Source of the DNA: Macrostomum lignano
Lineage: Eukaryota
Length of the DNA: 64,000 nucleotides
NCBI GenBank assembly: GCA_002269645.1
Contig: NIVC01000399.1
Coordinates: 218,205-282,204, forward strand
Direction: 5' to 3'
Notes under the pieces: model-generated
The model's database searches: none
The model's input: only the letters and a program-made list of their open reading frames with translations
Told to the model about the DNA's origin: nothing
In this document: positions 57,985 through 64,000 of the stretch, piece after piece
Layout of the letters: each line of letters starts with the position of its first letter
Numbering within the stretch: position 1 is the stretch's first letter
Made by a program: the position numbers and the translations under genes

Positions 57985-60900
57985 AACTCCTCCTCCGGAG
58001 GAGAAAGGGGAAGAACTCCCATCACCGGAATTCCATTCCCTGAAATCCATCAGCTGAAACTCCATGACTTGAATCCCATCTTCCAAATCGTCTCCAAATT
58101 CTTTACAAAATCTTTGAAAGACCATAGCTCAAAGACTCTCACGTCTCTCATATCTCCTCTCTCTTTTATTCGCTATTATCGTGACTCTTCTCTCTCCTCT
58201 CTCTCATCTCATCTCTACCCCTACTCCCTTATTTATCTCTTCTCCCTCGTCTTTCGTTTGTACCCTCTCCTGTCTCTTGTCTCCTCTCTTCTCTAATATC
58301 TCTCCTCTTCACTTCTGTCTCCTGTCTCCTCTTCTCTCTTATCTCTCCCTCTTCTCTCCTCTCTCATATGTCATCTCTCCTTACTTATCTATCGTCTCTC
58401 TTAACCCTCTCTCTCTTCTCTTTTCTCTCCTATCTGCTTCTCATTTCTCATATCTCATATTCGCTCTCACACTCTACTTTCTTGTCTCCCATCTTTCTTT
58501 CCTCCTTACCACTATCCCCTGTCTCTTCTCTTCTCTCTTTTCTATCCTCTCCATTCTCTCTTCTCTCCTCTCCTTTCTCCTTTCATCTTCTCCCCTCTCT
58601 TCTCTAATCTCTAATCTCTTCTCTCTTATGTTCTCACTCATCTCTTTTCTCATCGCATCTCTCATCTCTCCTCTCCTCATTACTTTCCTTCTCTTAACTC
58701 TCTTATCTCTGATCTTTCATCTCTTTCCTCTCTCCTCTCTCTCTTCTCCTCTCGCTTCTCTCTCTCCTCTCTCTCCTCTCATCTATACTACCTTATTTAT
58801 ATCTTCTCCCTGGTCTTTCGTCTCTACTCTCTCCTGTCTCATTTCTCCCCTCTTTTCTCCTCTCTTCTCTCTCCCCTCCTCTCTCATCTCTCATCCCTCA
58901 TCTCACTCCTTCTTTCTCCTCTACTTTCCCCTCTTTTCTATTACCTCTGTACGCTCTTATCCCTCATCTCTATTCTCTCTCCTATCATCTCTCTTGTCCC
59001 CCTCTGCTATCTCACATCTCCCCTCTCGTCTCCTCTCTCATCTTCTCTTCTCTCTCCTTCGTTCCCGCCTTATTCCCCTCTTCTCTCCCATCTGTCATGT
59101 CTAATCTCTCCACTCATTTCTACTCTGTTTTCTATCATCTCATCTCTCTTCTCTTTTCATTCTTCTCTTTACTCTCTTCTCTGACTCTGACTGATTGAAG
59201 ATGCCAAATCCATCAAGATCCTCTCCACGAAACAGAAATCCTCTTCGTCAAAATTAAAACATTGAAATCGTCTCCGCTAAACTGGACTCAATCGAATTTT
59301 TTTCGTCAAACATCTGAACTCTCCGGATTCATTGGTTAGGGTTAGGGTTAGGGTTAGGGTTAGGGTTAGGGTTAGAACTACGCACAGCTTCGTGTTAAAA
59401 GGCACTGATAAAAATATTGAACTAATTGAATCAATTCATTGCGCAACTGATTTCACAGTCAGTCAGTCAATCTAAATCAACCCTCCAATACACAGCAGCA
59501 GTGAGAAGTTGAACCCTCCCCCCAACTTTATCTATTACGTCTCGCAAAACTAAGTACAATCTTTGCAGAAAGTTAAAAGTATGAAAATAGTTTTTCAAAT
59601 GCTGTGCTTTTTCTTTTCATATATAAAGCAAACAACTTATATCCCCAAACTCAGCGTTGCAAGATCTTTCCAGCAATATAAGTCTCTCCTCTCAAAGTTT
59701 AAAACTCGAGGAACAGTTAGCGTTTGAAATTTACCGATTTCCCGACTGCTTGCTAGAGAAGCTCGCAGTCGCAATTCATTGAATTTCACTGCCAAGCTAA
59801 TACACAGGGCTGGCTGCCTATGGAGAAAAAAGGCGCCGATAATAAAACCAAATGAATTTCGACACAGTCTATCTATTTACACTGTACAACTGCTATGTAC
59901 ACTCAGCCCAAGCCCAACCCCCGTTCTGGGGGAAGCATTAAATTTAACTCGACCCCCCCAACACGCGGGGGTTTTATTTGCATTGAACGCAGAACACGCG
60001 CACCACCACCCCTCAATACACAGCGGCCCGCGGGCGGAGGTTGGGGTGGCTATTTTTACAAACTGGCTGAAGCCCCAGGCAGAGTGACCAAAGAAGGTTA
60101 TTGGGGGTTAAAAAAGCAGTTTTCTGCTTTTTTAGGGATGTTAAAATGTGAAAATTAAAAATTAAAATAGCCTAAAGCCTGCTCCGGAAAATTTGCAGTT
60201 TTCCCATATAAGTTTCGACGTTGACTTGGCAGAATTGTAGGAGTTCACTTGCTACATACAGACAGACAGACATACAGACAGACAAACATCGCGTCGGTTT
60301 TAGTATTAGGACGAGGCCAACTCCTCCTTCGGAGAAGAAAGGGGAAGAACTCCAATCAGCGGAATTCCATTCCCTGAACTCCATCAGCGGAATCCCATTT
60401 TCCAACACCTCTCCGCGCAACAGAAATCGTCTCCGTGAAACTGAACACTATCGAAATCCTCTCCGTGAAACTGAACACCATCGAAATATTCTCCGCGAAA
60501 TAGAAATCCTCTCCGTGAAACTGGACTAAATCGAAATTTCTCCGTCAAACAGCCCAGCTCTCAGAATTCATTGGTTAGGGTTAGGGTTAGGGTTAGAGCT
60601 ACACACAGCTGCGTGTTGAAAGGCGCCGTAAAAACATTGAACCAATTAAATTGCGCAACTTATTTCTCAGGCAGTCAGTATCAGCGTCGGTTAAAGTTAA
60701 CAAAAAGATTGCGCAATCTAAATCAGCCCTCCAATACACAGCAACCGACCCCCTTCCAATACGCAGTGCAGCTAGAAATTGAACCCCCCCCCCCTACTAA
60801 CTATTGGGGGGGGTCGGTCGAACCCCCATTGAACTCCAAAATGAGCAAAATCTTTGCAGAAAGCTAAAAGTATGAAAATCTTTTCTTGAATGCTGTGAAT

Positions 60901-62870
60901 TTAATTTTCATATTTAAAGCAAAAAACTTATATCCCGAACTCATCGCAGCAAGATCTTTCCAGCAATATCAGTCTATCCTCTCTAAGTTCAAAACTCGAG
61001 CAACAGTTAGTGTTTGAAACTTTCTGATTTTAAGCATTGAAATATCGAGTGTACGTTCACTGCCTGCTAAAGATGCTCGCAAGTTTATGCATTAAAATGC
61101 ACTGAATTTCACTGTGCAAAAAATTACACAGGGATTCCTGTTAAAAAACAGAACACAAATAGTTGCGCAATTGTCTATAAAGTCAGCCAGTGAGCCAGGG
61201 TCCAATTGTACACACGCCGCCAATGAGAACGCGCCCATTCCCCCACAGGAGAGAAAATGCACTGGCGACATAGGAAAAAGTTGTGGCGTAATCACTCAAA
61301 ATTCATGCAAATTTTCAGCTCCGAGCAGAAAAAGGGTACAATTAAGATTATCAAAGGTCAGAATTGCCGTTTTCTGCTTTTTTAGGGATCTTAAAATGTA
61401 AAAATAAAAGATTAAAATAGCCTAAAGCCATCTCCTCGAAAAATTTGCAGTTTTCCCACATAAGTTTCAACGCTGACTTGCAAGTATTCTAGGAGGAGTT
61501 ATCCAACAAACACACACACACACAGACAAACAACGCACCAACTTTAGTATTAAGAAAGTATTAAGACGAAGACGAGACGAAGACGAGGCCAACTCCTCCG
61601 ATGGAGGAGAAAGGGGAAGAACTCCCATCACCGGAATTCCATTCCCTGAACTCCATCAGCTGAATCCCAAGACCCGAATCCCATTATCTAACTGTTCTCC
61701 AAATCCATCAAAATCCTCTCTGAGAAACTGAACACGATCGAAATCCTCTCCGCGAAACAGAAATCCTCTCCGTGAAACTGGACTCAATCGAAAGTTTCTC
61801 CGTCAAACAACTAAACTCTCAGGATTCAGTGGTTAGGGTTAGGGTTAGGGTTGGAGCTGCACAGAGCTGCGTGTTGAAAAGGTCCGATAAAAAATGAGAT
61901 AATTGAATCAAAAGATTGCGCAATTTACGCTCGTATTTCTAAGTCAGTCAGTATCAGTCTCAGTTAAAGTTAACAAAAATATTGCGCAATCTAAATCAAC
62001 CCTCCATCCAATACACAGCGACCGACCCCCTTCCAATACGCAGTGGCAATTAGAAATTGAACCCCCCCCCCAACTGTTGGGGGGTCAGTCGAACACCATT
62101 GAACTCCTAAAATGAGTACAATCTTTGCAATAAGTTAAAAGTATGGAAATAGTTTTTCCAATGCAGAGCATTTAGTTTTCATATTTAAAGCAAACAATTT
62201 ATATCCCCGAACTCAGCGTTGCAAGTTCTTTCCAGCAATATAAGTCTCTCCTCTCAAAGTTAAAAACTCCAGCAACAGTCTGAGTTTGAAATTTGCCGAT
62301 TTATAGCATTGCAATATTGAGTGTACGTTCATACGTTCACTGCCTGCTAAAGAGGCCCGCAAGTTTATTCATTGAATTTCACTGTCTAACCAATGCACAG
62401 GGCAGTCAATTGAAAGGCGCTGATAATAAAACCAATTGAATCTCAGCACAATAGCCATATAATTGCGCTTACTTACCCACCACCCCACGAAATACACACA
62501 GTTCAATTTTTCAGCCGGGGTCCGCTTGTACACACGCTGCCACTGAGAACGCGACCAACCCCCACTGGCGAGAAAATACACTACAGAGATAGGAGAAAGT
62601 TGTGGCGCAATCGCTCAAAATCATGCAAATTTTCGGCTCCGAGCAGAAAAAGTGTCCAGAGAAGGTTAGGAAATCAGTTTTCTGCTTTTTTAGGGATCTT
62701 AAAATGTGAAAATAAAAAATTGAAATAGCCCACTGCAGTCCCCGGAAAATTTGCAGTTTCCCCATATAAGTTTCAACGCTGACTTGCAAGTATTCTAGGA
62801 GGAGTTATGCAACACACAAACAAACAGACAAACAAACAAACAATCATCGCACCAACTTTAGTATTAGGAA
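57985..62870. repeat. Three tandem copies of a ~1.25-kb unit, each with (TTAGGG)n and an (ACAG/ACAA)n tail
   Basis: Shared head ggagaaaggggaagaactccc at ~58000, ~60335 and ~61605. TTAGGG tracts at 59336, 60575 and 61833 (spacing 1239 and 1258 bp). Copy A is split by a C/T tract (~58130-59190). Confidence 0.85.
58130..59190. repeat. C/T-rich low-complexity tract
   Basis: Read directly. Confidence 0.85.
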
Positions 62871-63293
62871 GGAGGAAGGAGGAAGCAGCTTATCACCAAA
62901 ATGACCTGTACTTTACAGGATATTTCTTATACCTTAAAATATTTAGTCAGTCACATAATAGGTGTCTTGAATGGCTTAAAAAACCATGGCATTAAAACTT
63001 TGATTTCATAGCTAGAGATAGAATAATGAAACTTATAAATTTTGCCAATTTTGATTTTGAAAATATAATTTTCAACTTGTATAAGATTCCAGAATTAAAG
63101 TTGATGTGTCATGACATACAGTATGACACAAAAACACGAGGACTAATCAGTTGCTTTGTTATTTAATATTTAGACTGACTTAATCACTTGTTATCTCTGG
63201 CTCAGTTGCTTAAGACTGACCCAGTCACTTGTTAACTCTGGCTCTGGCTCAGTCAGTCTATAGGTGCAGACCCTACTCGCTCATTCCAGGTCC

Positions 63294-64000
63294 ATGTCGC
63301 AGGCTTTCCACCAGCGGCATGGCGCTTCATCCGGCTTAGCAATGGCGGCCAGACAGCCACCCGGACGCGCAGTTTTGCTCACGGCCTCACGTTCAGCGCT
63401 GAGCCGTTGCGCGCAGGCGAGCTGTTTCTAATTGAGGTGCACAGACTGAGTCCGGCTGGAGTGGCGACCTCCGGGTGGGCATCACGCAGGTGAGATTTAA
63501 TTGCATTTGAAGAAAAATTTATATTAAAAATTTTCCTTGTTTTCTAAGGCATCGATCTTAGGGACCAGGAAACTGGGAGAAGGGTGGGGGCAGAAACAGA
63601 TCAGTGCTTAGTGGTGCATCTGCTCTCTCCGCATCAAAGTACCCGACTTAGATTCTGTGCTCGTGCTTGCAAAATTAATTTGCCTTGGCTCCCGCAGTTC
63701 TCGAGCATAAGGCAGACCACCCCCCTAACTAACTAACCAGAGAAGCAGGCAGTGGTTCAGTCCTAAAGTGGCCAAAAATATGGTATTAATGCCAGAGATG
63801 CACTAGTGAAAATAACCTATTATTGTATGAATTGTAATGATTCTACATTGTTCCTGTACTCAAGACCGCTGGCGCCATTCTCTTTCTTGGTTGGAAAAAG
63901 AACTTATTGTCCTAAATAACTATCGCCTTCCCCAGGTCCGCCAGACGCTGATGCCCCGGCTGCCCAAAGTTCGCCGTGCCGACCTCAGCAGCAGATTCGG
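63294..64000 (+). CDS. NEURL2: Neuralized (NHR)-domain protein, NEURL2-like; 5' part only, with apparent 1-bp indels
   Basis: Exon 63294-63489 gives FHQRHG.FIRLSNGGQTATRTRSFAHGLTFSAEPLRAGELFLIEV...ESGWSGDLRVGITQ after correcting deletions near 63325 and 63444. Next exon starts at 63936 (LP.FAVP.L). Pseudogene versus sequencing error unresolved. Confidence 0.75.

Noticed and set aside
59336-59375. True telomere or chromosome end
   Set aside because: Only 3-6 repeats, embedded at a fixed position within a repeated unit, with genes on both sides.

Overview
Eukaryotic (animal) genomic DNA with spliced GT-AG genes, a 987-N gap (21558-22544) and no prokaryotic features. GC-rich exons, introns packed with different minisatellites and TTAGGG tracts suggest a flatworm such as Macrostomum (inference only). 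Genes reconstructed by hand: glutaminase (minus; 5' exons not found; two 1-bp frameshifts), a small RRM protein gene, NF-YB, Sec24A/B-like, three tandem paralogues of an unrecognised secreted, probably GPI-anchored 521-543 aa protein family, radial spoke head RSPH4/6, and the start of a NEURL2-like gene (frameshifted). Mobile DNA: a decayed mariner with a nested hAT element, a 2.4-kb Foldback/MULE-like element with a 9-bp TSD, several MITEs with TSDs, two CORE-type tRNA SINEs and a 1.25-kb tandem unit carrying (TTAGGG)n. Best candidate for an undescribed system: the three-gene surface-protein cluster (41063-48925), with a variable N-terminal hydrophobic hairpin, a furin-type site in one paralogue and a near-identical 552-bp exon-4 tract shared by two otherwise divergent paralogues. 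Second candidate: two dispersed copies of the 28S rRNA R2/I-PpoI target region with the cleavage site scrambled.
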